Assembly: GCA_032718475.1 (NCBI GenBank)
Contig: JAUCBJ010005876.1
Span: 6,174-70,173 of the forward strand
Source of the DNA: Nemertoderma westbladi
Taxonomy: Eukaryota > Animalia > Xenacoelomorpha
DNA: 64,000 nucleotides
Direction of reading: 5' to 3'
In this document: in pieces, positions 38,296 through 53,295 of the stretch
How positions within the stretch are numbered: the stretch's first letter is position 1
Layout: every line of letters begins with the position of its first letter
The notes under the pieces: model-generated
What the model was told of the DNA's origin: nothing
The model's database searches: none
The model's input: the letters and a program-made list of their open reading frames with translations, nothing else
Position numbers and translations under genes: made by a program

Positions 38296-41200
38296 TGTCT
38301 CTAGGGAGTTTGTGATTATTCATTTGATATCTAGTGATTAGTAGATAATCGTGAAGCTGTAATGGGAACCGCAGGTGTGGTTATCATATAATTCCATAGA
38401 AATAATAAATTATATGTGGCCCCCGGTGAGATTCCTGATCAAACCGGACTACATAACCAATAGTACCGGCATATGCGGAACATCTCCCTTAAGTACAGAC
38501 AGAGACCCTTACTTGTTCGTTCACAAACAACCATACCCCTACTGTTTAGGGTTTACGATTTTTAGCAGTCAAGCACATGGGTTGGGTGTTCTCGATTCTA
38601 GACAAAACTCTTTCTTCTTTGATGTGCAAATCTAAACTGGAAAAATATACTTTATCAGTTTAAAAGATACAATAATATCCGAAATAAGAAATTCCCTATA
38701 GGATCACATTTGGCAGAAAAATCTAAATTTTAGGTGCCACACAAGAAACTTGTGTGTATAAAAAAAGATACCTACATAATTCATCCATACATCGTATATT
38801 TTTATTTTAGTACAAAATTACCACTTGCATCGGTGTCCTTTGGGGGGGGGGGGGGGGGGGGGGATCAACATTATATATGAGGTGGGCAACTGTTTATAAA
38901 CTTTACATGTGTGTAAAATTGGGAACTGTTACGGTTTTGAGATAAAGTTCCTCGAAAATGGAACATAACTTTAGTAACATCTCACCGCATTGATATACAA
39001 ATATATTATGGGTGATTGATTAATAATTGTTAAGAAGGTTAATAGAACCATAGCAGCACTTACCAACTTACACCTGAATTTAGAGCGATTTAAGTGAATT
39101 TGTAGAATAGGATTTACATATTTTTAAACTTTGGTAAAGGTAGGATGAGAGATCGATGTTAATGTTCGGGGATTATATTGGAATTTTATTAGTGTATTTT
39201 AATCATTGTTGCAATCATATTAATAATAAGAAATCATTTTCAGGTGTTTTACTTGCCGCCGCGTGTGGTAGGCAAATGTTTAAGGGACCGCCAACAATTA
39301 GTCCTATCAAAGCATCGTGTAAGTAATATATCCCGACACGCATAGCTACAATAATCTTATCAATTTCGCCGCTAAATTGGCCGTTGGAAGGAGAATAAAC
39401 TCGACATTCTTTGCGAGTAACGAACAAAGTAGGCCTAATGCTTTAGCCCCAGCTAATTCAGCATACCGCCCACAGGATACCTTTAGTTCCTAGATTAATA
39501 AACGCTGCGATGGCTAAATAAAACACAATCGCAACGCCGTCCTTGCTCTATCGTTCCCACCATTGAACTTTTTAGATTTGTTGAGGGGAAATCAAACCGC
39601 GCTATTGTCCATTCTGTTATTAAAAGTTGTTTTTGTAATAATTGGCGTCCGATTTTGTGGATGTATTTTCATGGTCATCTCTATCTATTTGTTGACATAT
39701 TTGGCAACTAAACTAATATCATCACTGTGACAGCTAAATGACAAGGACCATGTGGCGTGCGTCTCTGTTTTAGTTTATCGATAAAAGTAATTTACTTCAC
39801 ATTGTTACGTTTCCCTCAAAATTGTGAGGATGACCCATTTACCTTCAACAAATGATAGCGCTGAAACTATTGTTCCTTAATGTGGTTTGATATGTTTTCA
39901 TATCCGTGGCTCCAGCCCTAGCGTATGCCACTGTGACATTTGAAAATTATTTTTAATAAAGTTGAACGTTAAAGATATTCGTATCATTTAAGCGTGCAGT
40001 TATGAAGGAACATAAAACCATTTAAGGGACAGAAATATACAAATCAATGGACGAGGCCTTTGAATGGGTGTCACATTCACTTCACATAATGTGAACGCTA
40101 GTCCACCCTTTAGGAGCCAATACAATAACAATTTATTCTTACTTGTAAATGTTGAGGTGCAATTTTATACCATTTTTAGACGGGCCCTCTTTAAACAGTT
40201 TTATTAATTGCTGTATACTGACTGACCATTGCGATCGTAAATAGAAGCATCAGTTATTGAAATATATCCTAATAGCTCGAGAATGTATGCACCCGTAGGC
40301 CAACGAGCGCGGGCAACCATGCACGACGCAAGGCCTCCCAGTAGCCGCAGAGCCGTCTCTACAGACAAACGGACACTAGCAGCTGCGTTGTTAGTCGGCC
40401 TACTCACTCATCCAACTGCACGCTAGACTTGACATAACACACTAGAGGTTCTAGTTTATAAGAACTATCCAACTTCTATTGGTGCCCGCCTTGCAAGGTA
40501 ACAAAGGCCTTTGTGTACCCATCAGGGCTACTGTTACCGGCATTTATTCTCGACCTGTTTGTTAGTGCATATTTTAGATGCTTAGAAGCGCGATTATTGT
40601 ATGATTGTGGGTCAGTGAACGGCGATACAGGGATGAAACCCCAGGTGGTCAGCCTGCATTGCAATAAACTGCAGTTTGTAGACATTTTTACATAAATATT
40701 TTTCTCAGGTAGAAAAATATATTCAACGGACGTTTAAAAACATAATATTTAACAACTAGTCCAAGAATGATTCATTTTACCAATTACAAAGCGGAAATAT
40801 TTCCATTTAATTAAAAATATATCGAACAATTTTGCCACAGACTTTTATCTGATTCTGTTCAATAATTTACCAACAAGTATAAACATACTTTAACGCTGGT
40901 GAATAGTTGAGTAGTAGTAGGTGAGTAGTGAACTAGTTGATCGAAGCCAAAACCGCCAAGGAATAATTGGTCAATCACTCTCGTGAGACTTGAAGAGGTC
41001 AATTCGATACAGGCATTACTGAACAATAAACTGATAAAACCGGGATAATCATTCCATGAGCTTCGTTGGCGCCCAAAACCTTTAGCCCCAATCTGGGATC
41101 GGATGACAGCTAGATAAATGATTACATCAAACCGGGGCCAGTTGCACTAAAACCCGCTATATCGGCTGAGCCACATTGCCGACTATCTGCCGCGATCAAA

Positions 41201-44200
41201 GTCCACGAAAAGCCCATCTATCTATGTCGCTATCAACGACAGTATCCCCCCTCCCCGCACACCGACACTCATCATCTTTGCCTCAGTACATTTGAATTGC
41301 ATTTCCTTTTCGGTCCGATGCACAGCCCAGCACGGCGCACACAGCCCCAAGGTGCTCAAAGGCTAAGGGCAGGTAAGCGATCAAGATTGCTACAAACAAT
41401 CTTCAAACAAGGCAGAGGGCCGCTTTCCTGTTGTTTGGAGTAGTTGTTCTTCTGATACGACCCCGCAGGTGGATCCAATTTCGACGATATCTTGCGATAG
41501 CTAGCCTAAACTTATCTTACTCTTCGCTACCAATGCATCTCTATTGACTTATAATTTTTTATTTGAATTGCTAATTGGCAACTGATTGTGATTGTGAGTG
41601 TGACATGATAGATATAGCTAGGATTGTAGATAAGTTTTGCATTGTACCTTATCTATGCGTCTGTTACTACAGATGAACATTTTTTCGGAGAATGAATCTT
41701 AACCGAGTTGGAAACTTGCGTGACATAATTTAAAAAGTTGATATGCACTATGCACTTCAATATGCACTTACTGAGTATTTATTTGTTGAAAGAATGTTTG
41801 TCTCTTCTCTTTACTTACTCTGTTTCTGGCTGCATGCCAGTGTACGAAATAAATAATAATAAAAAGGCATATGTCAATATTTTGAAAACAGAGATGAATA
41901 TGCAAAAACATTGGGATATGCCATGACAAAGGTATAATAATGTAATTTCCTACACTGGTCATAAAACTTTAAAGTATTTCATTGCAGTAAGTGGACTCAG
42001 TATAACGTCCTATATTGCTCTTTCCTCCTTTGAAATATTATCTTCAGCGTTGAGCCATGTTTTGCCGACACCACTGCGTCGACGGTATCAATTTTATTCC
42101 AACCCCCTTGACCGAAACCGCATAATTACCTAACGTCTAAATTTACATTTAAAGTGGAAATAATCGGTTTCTGTGTTCATTCTGAAATAATATATCGGCG
42201 AGAAAACATGGACATAGTAATCCAAAGTAACCAATAAACCCGTTAAATTTGTAACATTGCGACAAAAATTCCTCAGACGTTGTTTCCCAGAGAGACTTGT
42301 AGCCCTCGTCCTCGACGCAAAACACTAAGAACTTCCAAACCCGCCATGGTCTATTAAAACGTTAGATTACTTACCGTTGTTGCTAACTCACTTCTTAATA
42401 TTAATTCATTTGATTTCGCCTAATAATTATCATTCGGGCGCAAGATAACCTAAAGCGATAATAACATTTTGTCAGAACGCCTCTCACGTACTTGTCATGG
42501 TATATCACGCTGAAACAAAGCTTTGTTTTTATGAGAGTTTCGGAAGCACAGCAGATTGGAGATATTAAAAATTCAAGATATAACTTATTTTAGACTGGAC
42601 TTGTATTATGCAAATAGACTCCGGCCTGTTGCCTCCTCCTACCCGGGACAAATCAAAAACAATTATAATATATTCAACAACCATGTGTTTTGTTGAACAA
42701 ACGAAGTAGGGCCTACACCGTATATGGGGAGCATCACACATTCAACGCAAGGAGCTACGTTGTTTATAGGTTAACAATTGGACGGTGGTGGCGCGCTATC
42801 AACCTTCGTATACATAAATTATAAAGCAAATCCTCAGACTTTGCTTGGGGGTCGTCAACAGATGTTACATTAAAGTCCAATGCAATCTATTCGAAACACT
42901 GTTGATAGAAAGTATACGGAATTGTAAAGTTGTTTGCGGGGGGTGCATCACATTAAATGAACCCAAGACCGGACTCACTTCTAAAGTAAGTTGTGATGAA
43001 CGTGTTAACAGACCCCACGTTGAGAAGAGATTCGCGATTTGCACCATAATTGAACAAAACTTTGTAGATTACCCAGTTGCCCAAACTCATATCGATTCAT
43101 TGTTCCTATTGATCTGATTTATCAACGCAGGGTTCTTTCTTGGCCTCAAACATTATGTAGACCACTCGGTTTAATCCCTGCCTGTTGAGGTTTTTAGCTC
43201 CGGATTAAGAAACAGCATGGGCCTTAATAATTGCTTCCAGGAGGAATTAAGGGCGTCATTTTTTGGAATTTCTAGTTCGTTGCTTTAAATAGAGCCCGAT
43301 CTATAGACGCGCGTCAAATCGTCCTATTCAAGTGTCTTTTTGTCGAGTTCCAAGTGGACAGTCACAAGAGACGTGTAAACATTTCCTGATCAATAAAGGG
43401 GTAACGCGATTGCAATGCGGAAATTGGTACCGGTAAGGCTGTTAATGACATATCCTGTCTGTGTTAACTCGATGTTGCGAGTGCAGGGTGAGAGAATGAC
43501 CGGCACTTATTGATTGCTGCGTGAGTGGATTCTACACCGTTTAACTGTTACTCACACACATATTACGCCTCGGTAAATGGTAATGTAGTTTGTGAAGATT
43601 ATAGGGAAGTTAAAACGCATTTATGGCGATATCGGTAAAGTTAATAATTGTTTTCAGGATGTGTGGATCACAGCACTTGGCACGGGCTCCCAAAGCTGCT
43701 CAACCAACAAGGGTCAGAACATGAAACACTGGGAATTTGACACTTTGATTTGATTGACTGTTCGATCCGCCGTTCCTTAGTAAACTTTGGCAATTGTCAG
43801 TAAAATATAGAATGCCTGCAAATTAACAAACAGATCGTTTTTATTACTTATAATCTGCGTTGAGAACTGATTTAGCAAAGTCTGTTTTGACGTACAAATT
43901 TTCCGACTACCGACAATGGCCACATCCAGGTTGGAAGTCCCTAGCTCTCTATCATTTCCGAAAGAGGCACAAGATTAAATCGTCACAACAATCACCATTC
44001 GCACATGTCTTGCTTTTAATTTGTTAGTAATATTTGAAAAATTATTACTGTGTTTATCGCAGTTAAGGCAGAGTTAATCCTATATACCCTGCTCTGCAAA
44101 TGGAGTTATGAAGTAGAATAACTTTATAAAGCGACTGTAGATGTAGCGCCGTGACAAAGTGGCCTTTTTGCATCTGTTTTTCCGATCCTTGAGGTTCTAT

Positions 44201-45052
44201 TTGAGCGGTTCGAGGCCAGTCGATCAGTAGATGGAACGCGACGAAGTACTTCCGTTGCCCAGGACGAAGCGTTTAAGCGAGCGCGTGATAAAATGTTGAT
44301 TTCTTTACCTTGTTTGGAACTCGTGGCCCTTTGTACTCGGAATCAACCATCCGAGGGGAAACCATTATATACAACCAATTAAGCTCAACATCCTGACTCG
44401 AGGTTGCTTTGGGTGGCTGTAGCTATTGGTCCGTAGGCGAACCCCTATTAGCTACGTAGGATAAACTCCGCAATCGTTTTATATATAATCTTAGGCATTT
44501 TTTTTATTGAATCAATAAAACGAGGAAGGATGTATCGAAACTCGTGGTGGACATGTGGTACCGGTATTGTCGGCACCGGTAATAAATGGCGTCAGAAATA
44601 CGCCCACTGGTGTAGTAAAAACGTAGGAAAATATTATAATATTCAATAAAAAACTAATTTATATTAGACGTTTATCTATCACTCCCCATCCCCTGAGTTA
44701 AAATCATACCAAAGAAATATAAAAAATGTTTCGTTATCAAACTATTTAATTTATTTTCACAAATGAAACCTTTTTCTGGAGAGTATGGTTTTATTTAATA
44801 TTGTAAACAAATTCCAAAAAAATATAATAATGTTTTATTTGCAACAAAATAATGAAAAAAAAACAGAAAGTGAAAAATTAATTATTTATTAGTTGGGGGA
44901 AAAAATTGGCTGCAAAAAACATTAGTTGCAAAATGAATTTGTTTCACTATTCGCGAGGTTAATAAAAGGTCGAGAGAGGAGAGAATATTGAAGAAAATGT
45001 AATTTGAGAATGCGTAATTTTATTATAAAATTGATATTTTTGGTTGCTTTGT

Positions 45053-45730
45053 TATGGTGGCCCAGAAGGGACAACTTAAAAAATATTTCATGTCGAGAAA
45101 AAAAAAAAAAAAAAAACGAAACATTCACGAAATTAGTTTTTGTCGTTTTTTTTACTGTATTTCACTACAAACTTTGCCGTAAACGAGCATTAACACCAGC
45201 CGGAATGTGTTTAAGAAGAATTCTAACAGTTTCTCGGCGAAGGTTTATAAAGTGTCGACTCCATAAGCGTCGATGAAATTGTCCGATACCCACAATTAAT
45301 TGCAGAAAATTCAACAAGTTCCGAATCTAACGCACGTAAGTACACGAGGAAGTGACTGCTCGTAACAACGGCTTCTAAGATTTAAATCAGCTCTACGTCG
45401 TTTACTTGTCCTATCGCTTATACAGTAGTTATTCCATGTTGCAATTTCAGTAGCACCCTTGTATCTCTAACAGTAAAACGTAGGTAATAATACGCGAAAT
45501 TAAGATATCCATTTCTGGATTTACCAAAACAAGCATGTACGCCTAAAGTCTGTTTTAAATCTCCCTCTCAAAACCTTCCTTACTTAAAACAAAATTTCGT
45601 TTTTGTCGATTTTTTTTGTTGTAAAATAAAAAAAAACGACAAAAACAAGAATTCATGAATAATTTGTTTTTGTCGTTTTTTTTTACTCGAAGTTAAATAT
45701 TTTTTAAGTTGTCCCTTCTGGGGCACCATA
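45053..45730. mobile_element. MITE with long terminal inverted repeats
   Basis: TATGGTGGCCCAGAAGGGACAACTTAAAAAATATTT / AAATATTTTTTAAGTTGTCCCTTCTGGGGCACCATA; termini resemble those of the 18234 element. Confidence 0.75.
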
Positions 45731-46277
45731 CTTTGTTTATGATTGTTGATTTTATTTTTTAAAAGATACCAGTTAGTGTTAAAAGATAAATTGAGCTGCA
45801 GTATTTCACTATTGCTTCCATAATTACTGCGATACTCTTGAACTCCTGAGACGCTCAAGGCTCAACTACATAAACCAATATTGGATATTGAGTTCCGTTT
45901 CGGAGTACGCCTTTGTAGACACTAAAGTTGCAATAACTTTTGAGTGTTTTCATTAATTTTGATTTTGTTTCTCAAATTACGTGCAAACCTGTTTAATTTC
46001 GATAGACTTTCAACACATGTAATAATACAAATTAAGAAATTCCACCAAAAATATTTGCACATTTTTATATTTTACTTTTTTTATCTGAAAAAAAAATAAA
46101 ATCATTGCAATCGTTTGGGTTACCTTTTTCCCTAGGGAAAAAATACGTCCTTTTTATCCCGATTTTGGGGTATATTCTAGGAAAGAGTAATAATTTAAGA
46201 ATATAATATATCATATAATTCCACAACTGGTGGGTGAATGAGAGGATTCATATTATTATATCTTCGTTGTGTTTCCA

Positions 46278-46334
46278 GACTGAGCGCCAGACTTCCAACC
46301 TGGAGGTCACCAGTTCGATCCCACTCGGACGCCA
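46278..46334 (+). other. tRNA-derived SINE head fragment
   Basis: GAGCGCCAGACTTCCAACCTGGAGGTCACCAGTTCGATCCC: anticodon arm plus B box. Confidence 0.45.
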
Positions 46335-47974
46335 TTGCCAACTTTGCAATGCCTAAACAAAATTTCTAAAATAATTAATTACATTAACTAATTAAATTAG
46401 GAGACTATCCTAATAGTAATCCTTGGTCGGTTGGTTGATCCTTGGAACCACCTAATATGATACAGTAGATGGTTCGAAATACAGTAGGATTATCGTTTGA
46501 GATTCTTGAGAAATCTTTGAGATATATTTTATTTACTTTCAGTTTCAGTTTTTATTTATATAATGTTTCGAGTTATATATTGAATGTTGTAAGTTTATTA
46601 ATATAATAATAAAATCCATTCAAAACCACAATGCACCAATTAAAATGATACCGGTATTTCCAATAAATTATGTTCACTCATATAATAATTAAGATTGTAA
46701 AAATATTTATGATGGTAAATACATATATTTATATTTATTGAAAAAAAAAAATATAAAATTGGTGCTACTAGGTATTCTACAAATCACTAATTTAGAAGTG
46801 TTAGAGATAAATTTTTGTTACTATTAATATAATATACGAAAATATACAATATTAATATTAATTAATTTAAAAATAAATAAATATGTCGACCTAAGCAATT
46901 TAACTTTTTTTTGTAAAATAAATTTTACAGATAAACTCTTATAAAGTCAATGCAAGCACCACACATATGGATAGTAAAATTACGAATAAATATTGACATT
47001 GCTCATGCTCATAATATTTTATAATTTATAACATAGATGGATTCAAATATTACTTTTTATTACTATGTTCTTTATATACAGAAACATTATTTCGTGGTTA
47101 ATACAAATATATAAATGTAACGCGGGGATTAAAAATGTATCAAAATCATTTTGAAAATAAAATGAAGATAACTGACTATCCACTGTATAATATATATATA
47201 TGTTCGGTAATATATGGAAAAAAGGTATTTCAGCATTCATAGTCGGCGCAACAATTATACTTGTAAAAATCCTACTTTGCATCCGTAAATCAGTATGGCT
47301 TTGTGGCTCCGCTAATAAGCAGCCCACCTACACACCGCATTATACATACAAAGCGCCGAGCTAGCGTGTATTGTGTAGCGGTAACTCTCTACCTGAAGGT
47401 ATATAAACAACAGCGGATGCAGCAGGTTGGTTGGGGTTGCGACAGTCATCTGGGACTATGTTGGTCACGTCCGGACGCAACTACGTGCGAGCGGACGCAT
47501 ATATACGACGCGAATTGACGGGGTCCGCGAAGGGTAATGAATAATTCACCGGTTAAACGCATCAATATTCACTAGAAATAATGGAAAACAGCAGAATAGT
47601 TTCCTTGAGAAATGGTGTTACCCACGAGAATTAAGGGAAAGAAATATCAATAGCAAAATAGCAGTTTTTAGATGTTAAAATCAACGTTATTTATTGAATA
47701 CCACAGCAAAAGTATAAGTTATTTTTGGGAGATATTAATCAAAATTATAATTTTCATAAAAGCATATATTTCGCATTACTTTCCATAAGAATTAGTATTA
47801 GAATTAGAACTTCTACAGATAGGGGGGGGGGGGGGGGGGTCAAACTCTCACTCTCACAGGGAAAAATATACAGAAATAATAGCGGATTACTCATAGAAAT
47901 AAAATGTTAACCTGTTCTATGGACTTCCCCGGTTTAAAATCACCAGACCACGTTGACATGCCATATATAATAAT

Positions 47975-48122
47975 TAGTAATAATAATAATATATAATATA
48001 TAATATAATATAATATATAATATATATAATATAATATAATATAATAATATAATATATAATATAATTTATAATATAATATATAATACATATAATATAATAT
48101 ATAATATAATATATAATAATTA
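47975..48122. repeat. AT-only low-complexity (TATAA)n tract
   Basis: Direct reading; gives the spurious YYILYY ORF. Confidence 0.9.
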
Positions 48123-49702
48123 TTAAGTAATTTTCGAGATTTCATGTGTAAGTGCATAGGGTTGCATACATTTTTAACTAATTCCAATATTATAACACAA
48201 ACCAATTTCATATCAGCACTGCCCAATGTCCAGTCCATTCCTTCTAGTATTATACAATAAACCAGAGAAACCCGAACCACATTACAATGGGGGAGAAATG
48301 TATGGCCATGGTCAATTGTCATGGTCAACCAATCTGTATAAGGTAGATAATAGAGCTGTAAGCCTAATTCGTCTTTTCAAAGGTACAAAACCTACAATTA
48401 TTTAGAGACAAGCCCAATAATGCTAATGCTTGACTTTTGAGATTTTAGAAGCTTTAGTGTTAGCGCACTTCAATTGTTGTTGAAATAATTGCCCGTATAA
48501 ACGCAACGGGATAATATGTAGGTAATACTAGCTCGGTAGATCGCCCTCATACAATTCCTATAGAAAACCGAACAAATCGTAGGTGTCAATCAGGGACCCC
48601 AGAGTAACAGAATAAAAACCCAGCACTAATTGAACCTAGCGGGCCCTCAATCCAAGCTGGTTGAATACCGGTAGGCCCTAAAATAAAAAAAACCCACAAG
48701 CACTGCAGTGACTGGATTGTGTTTCTTTATGATTCATTTATCACTTCAATTTTATAAAAATAATAATAAATAAAATTTAACTGAAAAGTTATTTACCCAC
48801 CGTACACTAGCTGGTGTTGCTGGCATTAACAAATAATAATTAGCAAATAAAAACTAAAATTTTATGGGACACCCTGTGTTTCATCATTTTGCACATAATA
48901 GGTAAATCATGACTTTGACACACTCTCCCCGCATGAGGATCACTGGGTGATCAACTATACCGTAGTTATATTAAACCTCTCTTCGTTTTAGTTTTGGGTA
49001 AATGTATTAAAAGCAGAGCTCGCGGTCCACGGGTTTCCTGTTATTCGACTCGCCACGCCTCGCCAACTAAAAGGAAGGGAACACTCGCCAGCTCGTAATC
49101 AAGCTAGTTTCACACCGCGTGCGCCCAAACGTTACGCCATATAGGAAGCCCTTAGGTGACGGACCCCACTGGCTTGTTGTAAGGAAACTGTCTGTCTCCT
49201 TTCCCAACGTCAGTGAGGCGATGCAATGCAACAGTTTACTGGCCGCAGGTCCTTCAATTGGTTTTAAATCTCATCTTTGCGTCTTACAAATATTAAGGAA
49301 CACTATAACCTCTGTTGAGAATGTACTCATTTAGGAACCAACTACAATAAAAATTTTGGAAATATTCCCAATTATTAGACGCCGATTGTCTATAAATCTA
49401 GAATTTGGTAGGGAGAGTGCCAAAATTAGTAATTTAATAAAGAACTTTAGTCGAGGCAGAAATGACGAAAGTTGGAAAGTAATCTACGATGATAAGGAAT
49501 TAGCGAGGAGTGTCGGTCCGGTGAAACACCTTTACAGATTATTTTCCATAATTAAAGATATTATCGGGGTCCTGGGTAATTAAAACCAATGGTAAATGAA
49601 ATTGATTTGATATTGCCATTACTGTGATCTGATCGCCAGTTACTTCAATATGCAAAAACTTTATTTTGAAGGTGGTAAGACAATTTATTCTAGCTACTGT
49701 TT

Positions 49703-50527
49703 TTAGATTTGCTTTCCACCACCATACGGCGATGTCATGAACTTTGTATCTTCTGTACGGTTCCATTCCGCTGCCGCAAGGCATCCCCCATCAACGACAA
49801 GAGATGTTCCGGTTACCCCTGAAGAATCTTCGCACGACAAATATAATATACTCTTCGCCACATCCATTGGCTGCATTATAACTCCCATTGGGACTCGAAG
49901 CAACCTGCCATCCAAAGCGCCTTCAGGAAGACTTTTCATATGATGTCTCAGCATCGGGGTGTTGACTACCCCTGGGCACACGCAGTTGCACCGGAGGCCA
50001 TAGACGGCATAGTCTAAGGCAATATTCCGAGACAGACCGAGGACGGCGTGTTTGGATGCGATGTAACTAGCAGTGAGTCGTTGTCCTGTGAAACTGTTCT
50101 GGGAACCAACGTTAACGACGTAACTACGACTGTTCTTCTCAAGATGCGGGAAAGCGTGTTTGAAGGAAAGAAACATGGACTTGAGATTTACATCCATCAA
50201 TCGATTCCAATTAGCCTCGTCGTATTCGTGCAGCAAACCCACATGGAACACACCCTGACAGTTAATAACAATGTCAAGACCACCGAACTTAGCTACAGTT
50301 TCACTGATAGTCTCCTTAACCCGCTCACCAATAGTAACATCGCACTCTAAGAATATCGCGTTCCCTCCTATTCTTCGTATCTTTTCAGCCAGTAATTCCC
50401 CTGACATCTTCTGCATATCAACAATAGCTACTTTAGCCCCTTGAGCTGCAAACAATTCAGCAGTTGCCTCGCCAATCCCAGAAGCTCCGCCCCCAATCCA
50501 AGCAACTGACCCATCCAATCTACCCAT
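49703..50527 (-). CDS. Classical short-chain dehydrogenase/reductase, single exon, 274 aa
   Basis: GGGASGIG cofactor motif, CDV, INCQG (NNAG equivalent), catalytic Ser in NVGS, YIASK, NCVCPG, VTGTSLVVDGG. Confidence 0.93.
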   Translation of the reverse strand: MGRLDGSVAWIGGGASGIGEATAELFAAQGAKVAIVDMQKMSGELLAEKIRRIGGNAIFLECDVTIGERVKETISETVAKFGGLDIVINCQGVFHVGLLHEYDEANWNRLMDVNLKSMFLSFKHAFPHLEKNSRSYVVNVGSQNSFTGQRLTASYIASKHAVLGLSRNIALDYAVYGLRCNCVCPGVVNTPMLRHHMKSLPEGALDGRLLRVPMGVIMQPMDVAKSILYLSCEDSSGVTGTSLVVDGGCLAAAEWNRTEDTKFMTSPYGGGKQI

Positions 50528-51032
50528 TGTTTATATTGTTAGTTTAATTTGGAATCACCAACCGCGAAGAAGATAGCTTAATAAAAACTTGATTACGAAT
50601 TAACAATAAAATTAACGACTGAGACAACTAAATCACCAAATTCGCCAGTATTTCTAGCAAATGTTTTGTATTTATGTTTAATAATTATAAATTTTTTTAT
50701 TTTTGTGTTATATTAGTTTATAAAACCTTTCTACTATAACGTAATATTCAACATTGGTTAATAATCGCATTTCTTTCATCTCACTGTTCAAATACTGATT
50801 ATAATTTGTAGACCCTTGACTTATTACAAGATACAGATCATTTTATCTTCTAGATAAAACTAGTGGGATAAAACTAATGGGATATAATAATATATGTAAA
50901 TCGAATGTCCGAATTTTCAGAATTAATTAACTAATCACATGTTACACGTCCAATAACCGCATTGTAATGTAGCATAATGTTACACCATATTCGTGTTACA
51001 CCTCGGACATTATTTTGAAATTAAACCATTAA

Positions 51033-51938
51033 CCCTATTACCACTGGGGGGGGGGGGGGGGGGGGGGGGGGGATCGGCCCCTTCCTAGTTTTTAATTGCT
51101 GTATCTATGCAACCACATCATGTACCTGCCCAATTATTTTACGAGAATTAGTCAAATTTAATGGCGCATCTTTTTCAAAAAACGGCACTGCAATTAGATT
51201 TATACTTTTCGATGTGCGTGCCACCTCAATATTTGGTCCCCAGCAGAATTTTTTTTTGAAATTTTATAATCTTACAATGTCATTTGTGTATTTATGTTGG
51301 GGCTTTATTGATTCTGATTCGTACGGAGCACTCTACTACTCTATATAAGTATGTAGGTGTAGTGGTACGTCATATTGGTGAACCAAAATTAGGGCGTGGT
51401 ACTTTTTCAAAATCAGAATAAGTGCCACTCCCTGATTTTGGTGCACCAAAAATGACGAACCACTAAGTCTTCAGGCTTCTGTATTACTTTCAAACGATTC
51501 AGCGGTCCAGAAAACCTATAAAAAAATGCGTTGAAATCAAAACTTGGGGGCATTTTCCGAAAATGGTATTTTTCAAAATTTGAAGTGCCACGCCCACTTC
51601 TTAGGTCCACGAAAAATAGCATCCAGTTCAATTTTCGGAAATTGAATACAATCGCATTCGATTCAGCGTAGTGAAAAATCTACTAACGCTAGCTAACAAT
51701 GCCACACTATTAGTTTTTAGAATATCAAAAATTTTATATTTTGTCCTGGGACTACTTCTATTTTTCATGAAAATTATTATAAACACCTTATGAAATTTTA
51801 ATTTTTTGGATTTGAAAATGTTCTTCGATAATGTTTCCCCTATACCCCAAATTTCGTAGGATTTCATTGTATGATTACAAAAATACAGTGGCCGAATCGG
51901 CCCCCCGCCAGTGCTGCTAACACCCAGTGGTAATAGGG
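51033..51938. mobile_element. piggyBac-type MITE
   Basis: TTAA|CCCTATTACCACTGGG ... CCCAGTGGTAATAGGG|TTAA: perfect 16-bp TIR with TTAA duplication. Confidence 0.88.
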
Positions 51939-52762
51939 TTAAGTTCTGGTTTAGTCATAATAGTATTATATATAACTAACTATAGAAGCTAATTTAAAGG
52001 ATCTTTGCGAAAATGTAGTTAGACATTCTGACAAATTGTTGTGATTCAACAATCAGTTACACTCGCTTAACCAGAGGCTCTTTTTGCAGTCACGCATGGA
52101 ATAGTGAATATACATGAATATTTAGAATTCCATGAGTAAATGGTCCATAATTTAGGTTCTAGTCGATATTATTAACTGAGTGTTGTATTCTAGAACGCAT
52201 AAAATGCGATTCCCGGGAAATATACAGTAACAGTATATGTAGCAGTTACGGTGTGTCGAATCGACTGGTTTAACTGATATGTATAGTAATACAGGAAAAG
52301 GAACAAACATTTTCACATTTAGCAAATGTTACACGTGGGCAACATTTTTTTTTAAAAACATGTTCATTTTTTCAAGCACGGGTATATTCTTCCACGAAAT
52401 ATGATGCCTTCTTGAACATACATACATACATACACCCCTACACATACATATGCATACATACATACACACGATGCATAAATTATTCAACTTTCTGATAGGA
52501 TATTAACTGTTTCCAGTATCCAGTCAACTGGCTCCGAGACTACGATTCCCTTGGAATGGCGACATCTTCTCCTCGCTGGCTGTTCTTTAACAAATACACG
52601 TGACATTGTCACGTGTTATTACGTTATGTAGTAAGGGGTGGATGGTTAATGAATGAATTTGGGATTGCAAAACCATTTAGGATTATATTCCATCGGTTAC
52701 TTTTGCCTTATTATTGTTTCGTTCGAAAAGTGAATCCACTGCAGTGAGGAACTTTTCGGTTC

Positions 52763-53047
52763 GGTTCTAAAATACTAAATCACAGACTATTAGTGGTCAA
52801 ATTCCTGGTTCTAGAATACTAATTCACAGATTATTAGTGGTCAACTTCCTGGTTCTAGAATACTAAATCACAGACTATTAGTGGTCAACTTCCTGGTTCT
52901 AGAATACTAAATCACAGACTATTAGTGGTCAACTTCCTGGTTCTAGAATACTAATTCACAGACTATTAGTGGTCAACTTCCTGGTTCTAGAATACTAAAT
53001 CACAGACTATTAGTGGTCAACTTCCTGGTTCTAGAATACTAAATCAC
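52763..53047. repeat. Tandem array, 44-bp unit, ~6.5 copies
   Basis: Unit TTCCTGGTTCTAGAATACTAAATCACAGACTATTAGTGGTCAAC. Confidence 0.95.
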
Positions 53048-53295
53048 TATCGGATTCATTCTGGAGTTATACTTCCGGGTTCTACAATTACATAAAACTA
53101 GAAGATAAATATAAAATACCATGTCATGATATTCTTAAATTCTACGTATATTTTATAGAATCTATATTTTTGGATTGCTGGAATTTACAATCCAATTGCC
53201 GCAAATATTAAACGATTGACAAATAAACGTAAGCTACGCCCAGAATAGTTTACAGAGTTACTATGCCAACCGCGTCTTCTCTCGGCTCCTATTGG

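Noticed and set aside
49260-49600. Coding-like decayed sequence downstream of the SDR
   Set aside because: Multiple stops and no identifiable family
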